NCBI GenBank assembly: GCA_964635405.1
Contig: CAZWOH010000001.1
Span: 8,589-57,863, forward strand
Reading direction: 5' to 3'
Length of the DNA: 49,275 nt
DNA from: an uncultured Planctomycetales bacterium
Lineage (GTDB): Bacteria; Omnitrophota; Gorgyraeia; Zapsychrales; JANLHA01
The position numbers and the translations under genes were made by a program. This document shows positions 28,308-36,341 of this stretch, piece after piece. Numbering within the stretch: the stretch's first letter is position 1; the number at the start of each line of letters is the position of its first letter. The notes beneath the pieces were generated by a model, which did not search any database, had not been told where the DNA came from, and saw only the letters and a program-made list of their open reading frames with translations.

Positions 28308-28779
28308 ACCCGAGAACGATATGCTTTTGATTAACTTCCCGCCCGCTTGCCGTGCGAATTGGGATGCGTTGGAATTGTTGACGGACCCGGCGTTGCAGAT
28401 CACGAACGATAAGGTTGCCCCGGGTGCGGGAATTGAGGACACAAAACTCGCCCAGATAACCTCAGCCAATAAAGTTCATGGATCGGCGATTACGGGTTTG
28501 GGCAGTATTCCTTCTGCGGCGGGTGTTTTGCCGACAGAGAACTCGCCTAATAAGTTGAAGGCGGATGTCAGCGACACGACGCCGGAGTATTTGGACGGCC
28601 TTATTGATACGGCTATGTTTCAGGTGTCAGCGAGCGATCAATTGCAGTTGAAGGACAGCGGGGTATCGACAGCGAAACTTGAGAATGGATCGGCGTCACC
28701 CGGGAATAATAAGTATTACGGAACGAACGCATCAGGCACAAAAGGATTTTTTGATAAGACGGCGGTTTACGCCTCGTAA
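28288..28779 (+). CDS. Tail fibre protein (short), putative
   Basis: The N-terminus MAWDKTKPENDMLLINFPPACRANWDALE resembles the conserved N-terminal anchor of many phage fibres. SD gggaggtg. The track ORF opens at 28249. Confidence 0.6.
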   Translation: MAWDKTKPENDMLLINFPPACRANWDALELLTDPALQITNDKVAPGAGIEDTKLAQITSANKVHGSAITGLGSIPSAAGVLPTENSPNKLKADVSDTTPEYLDGLIDTAMFQVSASDQLQLKDSGVSTAKLENGSASPGNNKYYGTNASGTKGFFDKTAVYAS

Positions 28780-28787
28780 GGAGAAGC

Positions 28788-29513
28788 ATGGCTCATAAGA
28801 TGCCACCAAAACAATGCTCATCAAATACACCGGCATGGACGGATCCGGTTCTTACTGATTTGTCCACAAAGGTGCGCAAGGTTCATATCGATGAGCTCAG
28901 GGCGTTCTTGAACGCCGAGTTTGTGAGGCGTGGGCTTACGCAGGCGTCTTTTACGGACCCGACAATCACGGCTTTGGTCACGGAGATTAGAAAGGTTCAT
29001 GTGGACGAATTAAGATCAGAACTTGCGGCTTGTAAATCAGGCAGGGGCGAGTCTGGCTATTGTCCGCAAGATAGTTCCGGGTGTATGGATTTCACGGATC
29101 CTACGATTACGGCTCTTTCAACAGAGGTCAGAGGCATTCACTTTAGGCAGGCAATGCAGAAGGTTCAGGCTTTAATGACGGGTTGTATTTGTGAAACCGA
29201 GCAGTGCCAGTATTGCGCAGATTGCGGATATCACTATACGACGTGTTCGCACGCTGGCGTGGCATGTGATGACCATAAATATTCAGAGTGTCAGTATTCA
29301 ATAAATCATTATTGGAATTGCGCCAGTATCAACTTGCCGTCAGCGGCTGAGCATCCGTATAAATCGGCGAACCCGCCTGTGGCGTGGGACGGATATGTGC
29401 CGTGGGATTGGTGCGTGTATACGCCGCCGGGATCAAACTGGGGATCATGTGAGTATCAGGGCGGGCATAACCATACGGCGTGGAATTGTAAATGTAACCC
29501 TTATTCATGGTGA
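28788..29513 (+). CDS. Cys/Trp-rich protein with three N-terminal repeats. Candidate substrate of the adjacent radical SAM enzymes.
   Basis: 241 aa. SD aaggag. Repeats WTDPVLTDLSTKVRKVHIDELR, FTDPTITALVTEIRKVHVDELR and FTDPTITALSTEVRGIHFRQAM. 17 Cys in total, 13 of them in residues 133-241. Confidence 0.8.
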   Translation: MAHKMPPKQCSSNTPAWTDPVLTDLSTKVRKVHIDELRAFLNAEFVRRGLTQASFTDPTITALVTEIRKVHVDELRSELAACKSGRGESGYCPQDSSGCMDFTDPTITALSTEVRGIHFRQAMQKVQALMTGCICETEQCQYCADCGYHYTTCSHAGVACDDHKYSECQYSINHYWNCASINLPSAAEHPYKSANPPVAWDGYVPWDWCVYTPPGSNWGSCEYQGGHNHTAWNCKCNPYSW

Positions 29514-29518
29514 GGAAT

Positions 29519-29914
29519 ATGTTTCAGGATCAGGAAAAAGCGGATATAGCTTCATTCAAGGCGGCTCTACTGGAGAACGAGAACGCAGTAGATGAGCTTA
29601 TTCACTACAGCAAAAATAATCTGAATGATTTAACCGTTCAATGTTTCACGCATAAACGATTCATGAGCGTTCAGGACTTCATTGATGCCTTATGTCAGGC
29701 GTATCAGGATCTTGGTGTTGAGGGGTCGAATGGCAATATCTCTAATTTCGTTTTGTTCATCGCCGGGACGCACAGGGATAACCTTTACGCTTCGCATATC
29801 GTCGATTTAAGCGACGAGCATCGGCAAGTGTTTCGGGAAAGACTTGGACTGGATATTGAGGAAATCGAAACGGGATTAAGCAAATTGATTTGGAGGATAG
29901 ATGGCGGTATTTGA
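29519..29914 (+). CDS. Hypothetical protein (131 aa) between the Cys-rich protein and the rSAM genes
   Basis: The ATG at 29519 follows SD ggtgagg. The track ORF opens at 29507. It overlaps the start of rSAM-1. Confidence 0.6.
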   Translation: MFQDQEKADIASFKAALLENENAVDELIHYSKNNLNDLTVQCFTHKRFMSVQDFIDALCQAYQDLGVEGSNGNISNFVLFIAGTHRDNLYASHIVDLSDEHRQVFRERLGLDIEEIETGLSKLIWRIDGGI

Positions 29915-31118
29915 GCTTAAAAACAGCAAGGCGGTCGGTGACCTGCCATCGCAGTGCCGGGATGTTATCAAGCGGTACAAAGATGAGGGGATGTTTAATA
30001 TTGCCTCGATAACAAATGGCAAACAGGAATACACCACGGTGTATTTCCTTATGACGCAGGACTGCAATTTGCGGTGCGCCTACTGCTATCAGCCCAAAGA
30101 GTTCAGGCAGAAGGATACCGGCATTACACAGGACATTATTGACTCAACGATGGATTGGGTTTCTCGGACGTTTGATGAGCGCAAGATCAAGTTCAGCATC
30201 TTTGGCGGTGAGCCGTTTTTGAATTTCCCGATGCTCAAATATCTTTGCGATACCTATTGCATGTACCGGTATGTCGTGACAACAAACGGTTTGATTTTAC
30301 TTGAGGATCAGGACGTGCGTGATTGGGTGTTGAAGCATAAATATCATTTAAATTTGAGCGTGAGCGTCTCAGCACTGCGGAGTAAGTTCGGGAAATCATA
30401 TTTAAATAAGGTTAAGCCTTTGCTAGATCTTGTCATGTCGAACGGAGGGGATGTGCATTATGTGGTTGATGATCCCGAGAGAGAGTTTGTTTATGAAGAG
30501 ATTGTTTGGCTATATGAATACGGAGTGCCGATCGTACGGGTATCGTCAGCCCGGCATTGGGATATGGTCAAAAACAAGAATGAGGCTTTTAAAGATTTAT
30601 TTCGGCGTATCGCTGACTACGTTTATTTCACTGGCCAGCCAAAGTTTGGCAGGAGTCAGTGGGACATAGCGTTTAAGAATAACATTTACCGCAAGATGAA
30701 GGGCATTGCGCTCAAAGACGTGCCCCCGACTTTTTGCGGCTGTGGGTATCTGTATTTGGCGGTGAATAACAAGGGCGAGATTTATCCGTGCGACTTCTTC
30801 GCTAATTACCCGGAGTTCAAGATTGGGGACGTTTGGGACGGATTTAATGATACGGCGTTCTTCTTCAAGAAGATGGGAGATTGGATCGGCGAGCTTTACG
30901 AGCATTGCCGGGATTGTGAGGTTTGCTTTGACGGCGATATCAGGTGTTGTCCGAGAGCGATGTGCTTGGCGGAGAATTACACAGTAACCGGTAATCCGTT
31001 AAAACCAGCGCCGAATCACTGTTGGGCGAATCGTATTGAGACGGCGACGTATGAGTATATAGCGAAGAAGGCGATTGAGACCGGCATAGATGTTTTTTAT
31101 CACAAGGGGCGGGCATGA
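29901..31118 (+). CDS. Radical SAM / SPASM-domain enzyme 1 (anSME/peptide-maturase-like)
   Basis: CNLRCAYC (CX3CX2C), FGGEPFLNF, SPASM-type Cys pattern CGYLYLAVNNKGEIYPC ... HCRDCEVC...CCPRAMC...NHC. Confidence 0.9.
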   Translation: MAVFELKNSKAVGDLPSQCRDVIKRYKDEGMFNIASITNGKQEYTTVYFLMTQDCNLRCAYCYQPKEFRQKDTGITQDIIDSTMDWVSRTFDERKIKFSIFGGEPFLNFPMLKYLCDTYCMYRYVVTTNGLILLEDQDVRDWVLKHKYHLNLSVSVSALRSKFGKSYLNKVKPLLDLVMSNGGDVHYVVDDPEREFVYEEIVWLYEYGVPIVRVSSARHWDMVKNKNEAFKDLFRRIADYVYFTGQPKFGRSQWDIAFKNNIYRKMKGIALKDVPPTFCGCGYLYLAVNNKGEIYPCDFFANYPEFKIGDVWDGFNDTAFFFKKMGDWIGELYEHCRDCEVCFDGDIRCCPRAMCLAENYTVTGNPLKPAPNHCWANRIETATYEYIAKKAIETGIDVFYHKGRA

Positions 31119-32200
31119 GGATTCCGGTTTATAAATCAGTTTATCTATATCTGACGCACGCTTGCAACGCCAATTGCTCGTTTTGCTATCGCCGGGGGCT
31201 ATTTGAGCGCAACAAGATATCGACGCTGGGCCCTGTGAAGATGTCAAAGCAAACGGCGGATGACATTATCGATTTTTGCTTCGGAAGGCTCAAGTTGGCG
31301 CCCAAGTTCACGATTTACTTTTGGGGCGGTGAGCCAACGGTTAATTTTGAGGTTATTCAGCATGTGATGGAGAAATATCCGCAGATGCTCTTTCACATGA
31401 ACACCAACGGCGCTCTGGTCAATGAGCGAATGTATGGGTTTTTCTCACGGCACCGCAATATCGGGATCACATGGTCGTTTGGCAATTGCTATGAGAAATA
31501 CGGCGGGCCTCAGGGTAAGGCGCAGGCAGAGCCGTGGATGCTCAAATTGGTAAGGGAGAACCCGAACCACAACGTGAATTTCATGGTCGTGGAATATGAC
31601 CGGCTCAAAGAGGACTTTGATTTTATCGCCAAGAACATCACTCGTAATATAACGATTGACCTCGCCACACGCCACGATCACAAGAAAGAAGATTTGGAGA
31701 GGTTCGCAGAGCAATATTTCGAGTTGCTTGTTGAGCATGAGGGCGACTCAGAGATGTTTCAGACCTTGAACCCGGCGCTTCATAGCAACGCTTACGTGCG
31801 GGAGTTTGGGTTAAAGGCGCAGGTCAGGGATTTTCACTTCTGCAGGACGGGCTTGGATCGGCTTTTTATCGATACAGAGGGCGGTATTTGGCAATGCGAC
31901 AACATGTATATTTGCAGGCATAACCGGCTGGGTTCGGTGTATGACGGCATCGATTACTCAAAGCTGGATTATGTGTGGGAGATTGACGCAAATCGGGAGA
32001 GGTATCTCGGCAGGTTCTGCGAGGGTTGCGAGTTGTATAAGCGGTGTCCTCGCAATAAATGTTTGGGGCTGAATCTCGAGCACATGGGCGACATGTTTAA
32101 GCCGGAGCCGGGGTATTGCGCCATGAACAAGGTTATGGCGAAGGTCATTGATAAATATATCCAGTTGGAAAAAGAAAAGAAGGAGGCAGTTAATGTCTAA
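31115..32200 (+). CDS. Radical SAM / SPASM-domain enzyme 2
   Basis: CNANCSFC, WGGEPTVNF, FCRTGLDRLFIDTEGGIWQC ... FCEGCELYKRCPRNKC ... YC. ATGA-coupled to enzyme 1. Confidence 0.9.
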   Translation: MRIPVYKSVYLYLTHACNANCSFCYRRGLFERNKISTLGPVKMSKQTADDIIDFCFGRLKLAPKFTIYFWGGEPTVNFEVIQHVMEKYPQMLFHMNTNGALVNERMYGFFSRHRNIGITWSFGNCYEKYGGPQGKAQAEPWMLKLVRENPNHNVNFMVVEYDRLKEDFDFIAKNITRNITIDLATRHDHKKEDLERFAEQYFELLVEHEGDSEMFQTLNPALHSNAYVREFGLKAQVRDFHFCRTGLDRLFIDTEGGIWQCDNMYICRHNRLGSVYDGIDYSKLDYVWEIDANRERYLGRFCEGCELYKRCPRNKCLGLNLEHMGDMFKPEPGYCAMNKVMAKVIDKYIQLEKEKKEAVNV

Positions 32201-33353
32201 CGAGGAAGTGGTCGGCGGTAAAACCAAAGACGAAATTAAAAGCATTGATTTGTTTGTTACCGAGCAGTGCAACATGAACTGCGATTACTGTTTTCATCCT
32301 AAGAGCGAGGCGGTGCTTTCGGTGGATCAGGGAAAAAAGATTCTCGCTCGGATGAAGGAGTTGAGTCCTGCCGCTTTGCAGATCACGTTCTTTGGAGGTG
32401 AGCCGCTGTTGTATCCGCAGACAGTTTTGGATCTCGCTCAATACGCCCGGGAACTGTGGCCAGCGGATAAAGAAGGACGGCATATATCGACGTTCTCGAT
32501 CTCAACGAATGGCATGTTTTTCGATGAGGCAGTGTTTAAGAAGTTTGCTGAATTAGGCATGGCGGTTCAAGTCAGCTGTGACGGAGATGAGATCACGCAC
32601 ACCGAATATCGGCATGGCGACTATAAGCGGATTATCGAGAACATGAAGAAGATTTTGGCGATTAAGCCGGACATGAGCGTGCGCATGACGTTTACGCCCA
32701 AGACGGTGGGCAGGCTCGCCATAAACGTGCAGTATCTTCATGAGCTTGGTGTCACCAAAATCATGCACCACGCTGTTATGGAGGAGGATTGGACGGATGA
32801 GGCGGTTGAGCAATACCGTTACCAGCTTGGTCAGATTTATCATTACCGCAGGTATTGCAAACGTCAGGGTTTGCCGCTTGAGATAGCGTTTATCGATAAG
32901 CCGCTCAGGATCGTTAACGATGAGGCACCCCCGGAGAAAGAATATTGTCAGGCGGGCAAAAGTTATATCGCCATTTTGGATAATGGCGACGTTTATCCCT
33001 GTCATCGTGCGGCCAGCGCTCGGATATTCAAGCTCGGGAATATCTTTCAGGAGAGACCGTTCATTCGGGGCATCTTCCTGAATATTGATAAGGAATACAC
33101 TGGCTGTTGGAGAAACTGCCCTCACGCCCGCACGTGCCACAGTTGCGTGATCACGCACTATAAGGTCAATCAGGAACTCACGGTCCCGGTCACGAAGTAT
33201 TGCCGGATATGCGCAGTTGAGAGTGAGCAGGCTTCGGGGTTCTTGCCGGTCGAGTTGGCGGATCGACGTGAGCGCATGCTTTATAAGGTTGGTCAGGTCT
33301 TGGTGGATGTCGCCAAGCAGAACGAGGAAATATTGGAAGCGTTAAAAAAATAA
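32193..33353 (+). CDS. Radical SAM / SPASM-domain enzyme 3
   Basis: CNMNCDYC, FGGEPLLYP, YCQAGKSYIAILDNGDVYPC ... GCWRNCPHARTCHSC ... YCRIC. The ATG at 32193 follows SD aaggagg. The track ORF opens at 32148. Confidence 0.9.
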   Translation: MSNEEVVGGKTKDEIKSIDLFVTEQCNMNCDYCFHPKSEAVLSVDQGKKILARMKELSPAALQITFFGGEPLLYPQTVLDLAQYARELWPADKEGRHISTFSISTNGMFFDEAVFKKFAELGMAVQVSCDGDEITHTEYRHGDYKRIIENMKKILAIKPDMSVRMTFTPKTVGRLAINVQYLHELGVTKIMHHAVMEEDWTDEAVEQYRYQLGQIYHYRRYCKRQGLPLEIAFIDKPLRIVNDEAPPEKEYCQAGKSYIAILDNGDVYPCHRAASARIFKLGNIFQERPFIRGIFLNIDKEYTGCWRNCPHARTCHSCVITHYKVNQELTVPVTKYCRICAVESEQASGFLPVELADRRERMLYKVGQVLVDVAKQNEEILEALKK

Positions 33354-33365
33354 GGAGGTATGGCA

Positions 33366-33656
33366 ATGGGAAAAGTTATGAACCATGAGGAGATAGTCGT
33401 TGGGGTTGTTGTTAAGGCGTTAAGTCCCGCTGTTTACAATCCGGTAGGCGGGCAGTCAGCTTCGTTCGCCATGATCACCGCAGAGGGCGGGGATATGCGG
33501 TATTTCGTGAACGGACAGAACCCAAACGCATCATCCGGCGTGTTGTTGGAAGAAGGGGACATTGTCGAGCTTCCGTCCATTTATCACATTAAGGATTTTA
33601 AGGTGATAAAGGCGGGCGACGATGATGGCAAGCTCGTTGTGACTTATGAAATATAA
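33366..33656 (+). CDS. Small hypothetical beta-rich protein (96 aa)
   Basis: SD aaggagg. The ATG at 33366 has better spacing than the one at 33360. Confidence 0.6.
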   Translation: MGKVMNHEEIVVGVVVKALSPAVYNPVGGQSASFAMITAEGGDMRYFVNGQNPNASSGVLLEEGDIVELPSIYHIKDFKVIKAGDDDGKLVVTYEI

Positions 33657-33672
33657 AAAGGAGGATTTTGCG

Positions 33673-34224
33673 ATGGATCATATTAAACACCAGAAAAAGA
33701 ACAGGATAATAAATCGAGTCACGGAGATAGTGACCGAGGGCGGATTACCCAAGACCGGTCAGACGATGGTTTATCAAATGGGCGACGATGGTTATTACCA
33801 AATGGGGTATCCAATCGGCGGCGCTCAAAGATTTATCGATAACGGCGACGGCACCGTGGTTGATATGGCGACCGGGCTTATGTGGATTAAAGATCCGCAG
33901 GCGGCAGGCTTTGGAATGACTATGTATTGGTATGATGCCATCAACGCTTGCGAGAATTTATTTTACGCCGGGCATGATGATTGGCGTTTGCCGAATATTA
34001 ATGAGCTCATGTCAATCGTGGATCACTCGAGGTACAACCCGGCGTTTGACACGATGTTTTTCGTTCCGGCTCCGGATACTTGGACTCCTTATTGGTCATC
34101 AACGATTTGCGCTCCATGGCCGGACGGGGCATGGTGCTTATATCCTTACGATGGTTATAAAACTTCATGGGGTAGACCTTGGGATATGTGTTTCGTGCGT
34201 CCAGTTCGTGGTGGCAGATCATAA
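33673..34224 (+). CDS. DUF1566 (Lcl C-terminal-like) domain protein
   Basis: DNGDGTVVDMATGLMWIKDP and HDDWRLPNINELMSIVD are the signature segments of DUF1566. SD aaaggagg. The track ORF opens at 33646. Confidence 0.8.
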   Translation: MDHIKHQKKNRIINRVTEIVTEGGLPKTGQTMVYQMGDDGYYQMGYPIGGAQRFIDNGDGTVVDMATGLMWIKDPQAAGFGMTMYWYDAINACENLFYAGHDDWRLPNINELMSIVDHSRYNPAFDTMFFVPAPDTWTPYWSSTICAPWPDGAWCLYPYDGYKTSWGRPWDMCFVRPVRGGRS

Positions 34225-34239
34225 AAAGGAGGATTCAAA

Positions 34240-34419
34240 ATGGCAAAAGTTATAGTCGAATACAAGGATGGGAAAAAGGTTGTGACGTATCCTTCAGGCG
34301 AAAAGAGGGAACACACGAAGGAAAGTTTAACCACCGCAAAAGAGATGTTCTTGCGGCGCAGAGATAAACTCAACGAGCAGATCGCTCTCATTGATGATGA
34401 CATTAAGAAGATTGGGTAG
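34240..34419 (+). CDS. Small hypothetical protein (59 aa, below the track cutoff)
   Basis: Hand-translated MAKVIVEYKDGKKVVTYPSGEK...DDDIKKIG. SD aaaggagg 7 nt upstream. Confidence 0.5.
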   Translation: MAKVIVEYKDGKKVVTYPSGEKREHTKESLTTAKEMFLRRRDKLNEQIALIDDDIKKIG

Positions 34420-34423
34420 TCTT

Positions 34424-34690
34424 ATGCAGAATGGCGGGGAATGGTCAAAGTTTATAACGCCGGTGCTTGTAACGATCGCTATCTTCATGCTCGGCACGAT
34501 CATGTCGCAGGTGAGCCGCATTGATGAGAAGTTGTTTCATCATTTGGCGAACGACGAGATTCACATGCCAAGAAGCCTTTATGTGTCCAAGGCTGAGTTT
34601 GAGATGCAAGGGCGGTTTATCGAAAAGGAAAACGACCGGATCATCAAGGCGATCGATGAGCTCAGGCGTGATTTAAAGTCGAAGAAGTGA
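34424..34690 (+). CDS. Single-pass membrane protein (holin-like candidate)
   Basis: TM segment FITPVLVTIAIFMLGTIM followed by a charged coiled C-terminus. The start is uncertain; the track ORF opens at 34391. Confidence 0.5.
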   Translation: MQNGGEWSKFITPVLVTIAIFMLGTIMSQVSRIDEKLFHHLANDEIHMPRSLYVSKAEFEMQGRFIEKENDRIIKAIDELRRDLKSKK

Positions 34691-34697
34691 GGTGTGT

Positions 34698-35030
34698 ATG
34701 GCTGAAGATGAGAAATTCAATTTACTGAAATTCTTGGGGAGTTTCTTTCAGTTTTTGCCGTGGGTGAAAACTTTACGCTATGCGGCGGGGATAGCGTTGA
34801 TTGGTTTTATTGGGCTTACTATTTATCGAGCGTTCTTTATGCCGACGGAAACAACAAAGCAGGAAACGCATATCATCGCCCAGCAGGGCGCCCAAGTCAC
34901 GATTGACCAAAAGAGAGAGGAAAAGAAGCCCGGGATCGAGGTCAGTCCTTTCGTGGAAGGCTATGGATTCGCTGAATCAGATAACCGCAAGGGTGTGGGC
35001 GGTAAGGCTGGTGTTCGGGTAGAGTTTTAG
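34698..35030 (+). CDS. Single-pass membrane protein
   Basis: TM segment AAGIALIGFIGLTIYRAFFM. SD gaggtg before the ATG at 34698. Confidence 0.5.
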   Translation: MAEDEKFNLLKFLGSFFQFLPWVKTLRYAAGIALIGFIGLTIYRAFFMPTETTKQETHIIAQQGAQVTIDQKREEKKPGIEVSPFVEGYGFAESDNRKGVGGKAGVRVEF

Positions 35031-35093
35031 AAGAAACGCCTTGCCAACTATTAAACCGTATGGCCCTATACCCCTCGAAAGGAGGGGATTTTT

Positions 35094-35360
35094 ATGGTTC
35101 GGGAGAATATAACGGCCAAAAAAAGCCGGTATATCAGCGTCCGTAACGGTGGCGAGGAGATGTATGTCGAGAATATCCCAACGTCCGGGCGCATGCGTGA
35201 TCATCTTCCGGCCGCTAAGTTGCGGTTGCGGGAGATTCAGCGGGTCATGCCGCTGGGCAAGTGGTCGATCACGATCGAACAGCAGTGGAAGGAAGGCGGT
35301 GTGACGCACTTTCAGATGCTCGATGTCGTGACGGGCAAATTACAGGAATCGGTTCTATAA
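35094..35360 (+). CDS. Hypothetical protein (88 aa)
   Basis: SD aggagg. Confidence 0.55.
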   Translation: MVRENITAKKSRYISVRNGGEEMYVENIPTSGRMRDHLPAAKLRLREIQRVMPLGKWSITIEQQWKEGGVTHFQMLDVVTGKLQESVL

Positions 35361-35376
35361 AAAGGGAGGCATTTCA

Positions 35377-35622
35377 ATGGCGAAGAAAGCGAAGAAGCAA
35401 AAGGTCGTAAAGGTTCAGCCGGAAGTTAAACAGACCCGTAACGCCCTGATGTTGCAGGCGAAGGATCGGGGTGTCAAGAATTTCCGTGTGCTTAATAAGG
35501 AAGAACTCACGCAGGTGTTGGCGGACGGCGTAACGCAGGAACGGATCAATGAAGTTGTGTCTGGCGCAGTCGCACGTTGGAAGGCTGGCTGGGGTAAAAG
35601 GAAGGCGCAGAATGAAAGTTAA
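35377..35622 (+). CDS. Small basic protein with a Rho-N/SAP-like helix motif
   Basis: LMLQAKDRGVKNFRVLNKEELTQVL. SD gggagg. Confidence 0.55.
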   Translation: MAKKAKKQKVVKVQPEVKQTRNALMLQAKDRGVKNFRVLNKEELTQVLADGVTQERINEVVSGAVARWKAGWGKRKAQNES

Positions 35623-35923
35623 AGCTGAACTTGATTTGAAGATCGAGATGAGTGGCGTGTCTCATATCGGTACCGGGTGTCAGGGTTATTTACCTGAAGG
35701 CACCCGATATGAGGAGATTGTCCGGGCCTTTGGTCAGCCGCAACTTGGTCGATCGCTTGATGGTAAGACGAAGGCTGAGTGGGTTGGTCGGATCAATGGG
35801 TTAGTGTTCACGATTTACGATTACAAATCATCGCTCGAGCCGGAGAGGAACGCCGACTGGCATATCGGCGGGAAACAGAAGTTTGTGGCGGAGCTGGTGA
35901 ATATTTATTTTCAGAGTTGTTAA
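35612..35923 (+). CDS. Hypothetical protein (103 aa), the last phage-like gene
   Basis: The ATG at 35612 follows aaggaagg. The track ORF opens at 35549. Confidence 0.55.
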   Translation: MKVKAELDLKIEMSGVSHIGTGCQGYLPEGTRYEEIVRAFGQPQLGRSLDGKTKAEWVGRINGLVFTIYDYKSSLEPERNADWHIGGKQKFVAELVNIYFQSC

Positions 35924-35964
35924 AATTTATTGATTTTTGGTAAGGTTGTGATATAAATATAGTT

Positions 35965-36060
35965 AACAATTTGGAATGAGTCCCGAGTTCGAAGGAATAA
36001 ATCCCGGACTTTAAAAAAGCAAAACCTTCGCTGGTTACATTGACCGGCGAAGGTTTTTTT
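35965..36060 (+). ncRNA. Candidate short transcript, copy 1 (promoter + conserved core + intrinsic terminator)
   Basis: TTGATT (35930) N16 TATAAA (35952). The 51-nt core gtcccgagttcgaaggaataaatcccggactttaaaaaagcaaaaccttcg (35980-36030) is shared with copy 2. Terminator ccttcgctgg/ccggcgaagg plus T7. Confidence 0.3.
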
Positions 36061-36090
36061 ATTTGGGCAAATTGCTTTGAAGAAGTTCTT

Positions 36091-36120
36091 GCTATATTGC
36101 TATAAATATAGTAATATAGC
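36091..36120. promoter_or_regulatory. 30-bp near-perfect palindrome. Candidate operator of the RM controller.
   Basis: gctatattgctataaatatagtaatatagc: 26 of 30 positions are self-complementary. It lies 19 nt upstream of the RHH gene and overlaps -10-like tataaat/taatat. Confidence 0.5.
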
Positions 36121-36138
36121 GTAAAAGGAGTTATCCTT

Positions 36139-36327
36139 ATGAGTAAATCCGAGCGAGAAACGAATATGAAAAAAACAACTATCGAAATCTGTGAGGATCA
36201 ATATTTTTTTCTAAAAGAGAAGGCGCTTGAATTACAGAAGCAAAATAAAAACGCTTCTATCATATCTATAATTCGTGAGCTGATTGATCGAGATATGAAA
36301 GAATGGAATAGATCTAAGAAAAAATAA
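36139..36327 (+). CDS. Ribbon-helix-helix (CopG-like) regulator, putative RM controller
   Basis: KKTTIEICEDQYFFLKEKALELQKQ...IISIIRELIDRDM fits a beta-strand plus two-helix RHH layout. SD aaggag. Confidence 0.6.
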   Translation: MSKSERETNMKKTTIEICEDQYFFLKEKALELQKQNKNASIISIIRELIDRDMKEWNRSKKK

Positions 36328-36341
36328 TGATCGGAGAATAA

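Larger units (their letters stand above)
40..35923. mobile_element. Integrated lambda-like siphovirus prophage. The left end abuts tRNA-Ser. The right boundary is uncertain and could extend to about 40.2 kb.
   Basis: A contiguous co-directional set of integrase, replication, packaging, head, tail and small membrane-protein genes with strong Shine-Dalgarno sites. Sequence composition changes visibly to AT-rich after 35.9 kb. Confidence 0.8.

Noticed and set aside
28788-34224. Diversity-generating retroelement targeting the DUF1566 or Cys-rich protein.
   Set aside because: There is no reverse transcriptase ORF in the window, and I did not notice a template/variable repeat pair near the 3' ends of these genes.
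35976-36014. Micro-ORFs in the duplicated short-transcript cores (also 40108-40152).
   Set aside because: There is no Shine-Dalgarno in a genome that otherwise uses strong SDs. One copy needs a GTG start. They are mentioned in the finding but not called as genes.
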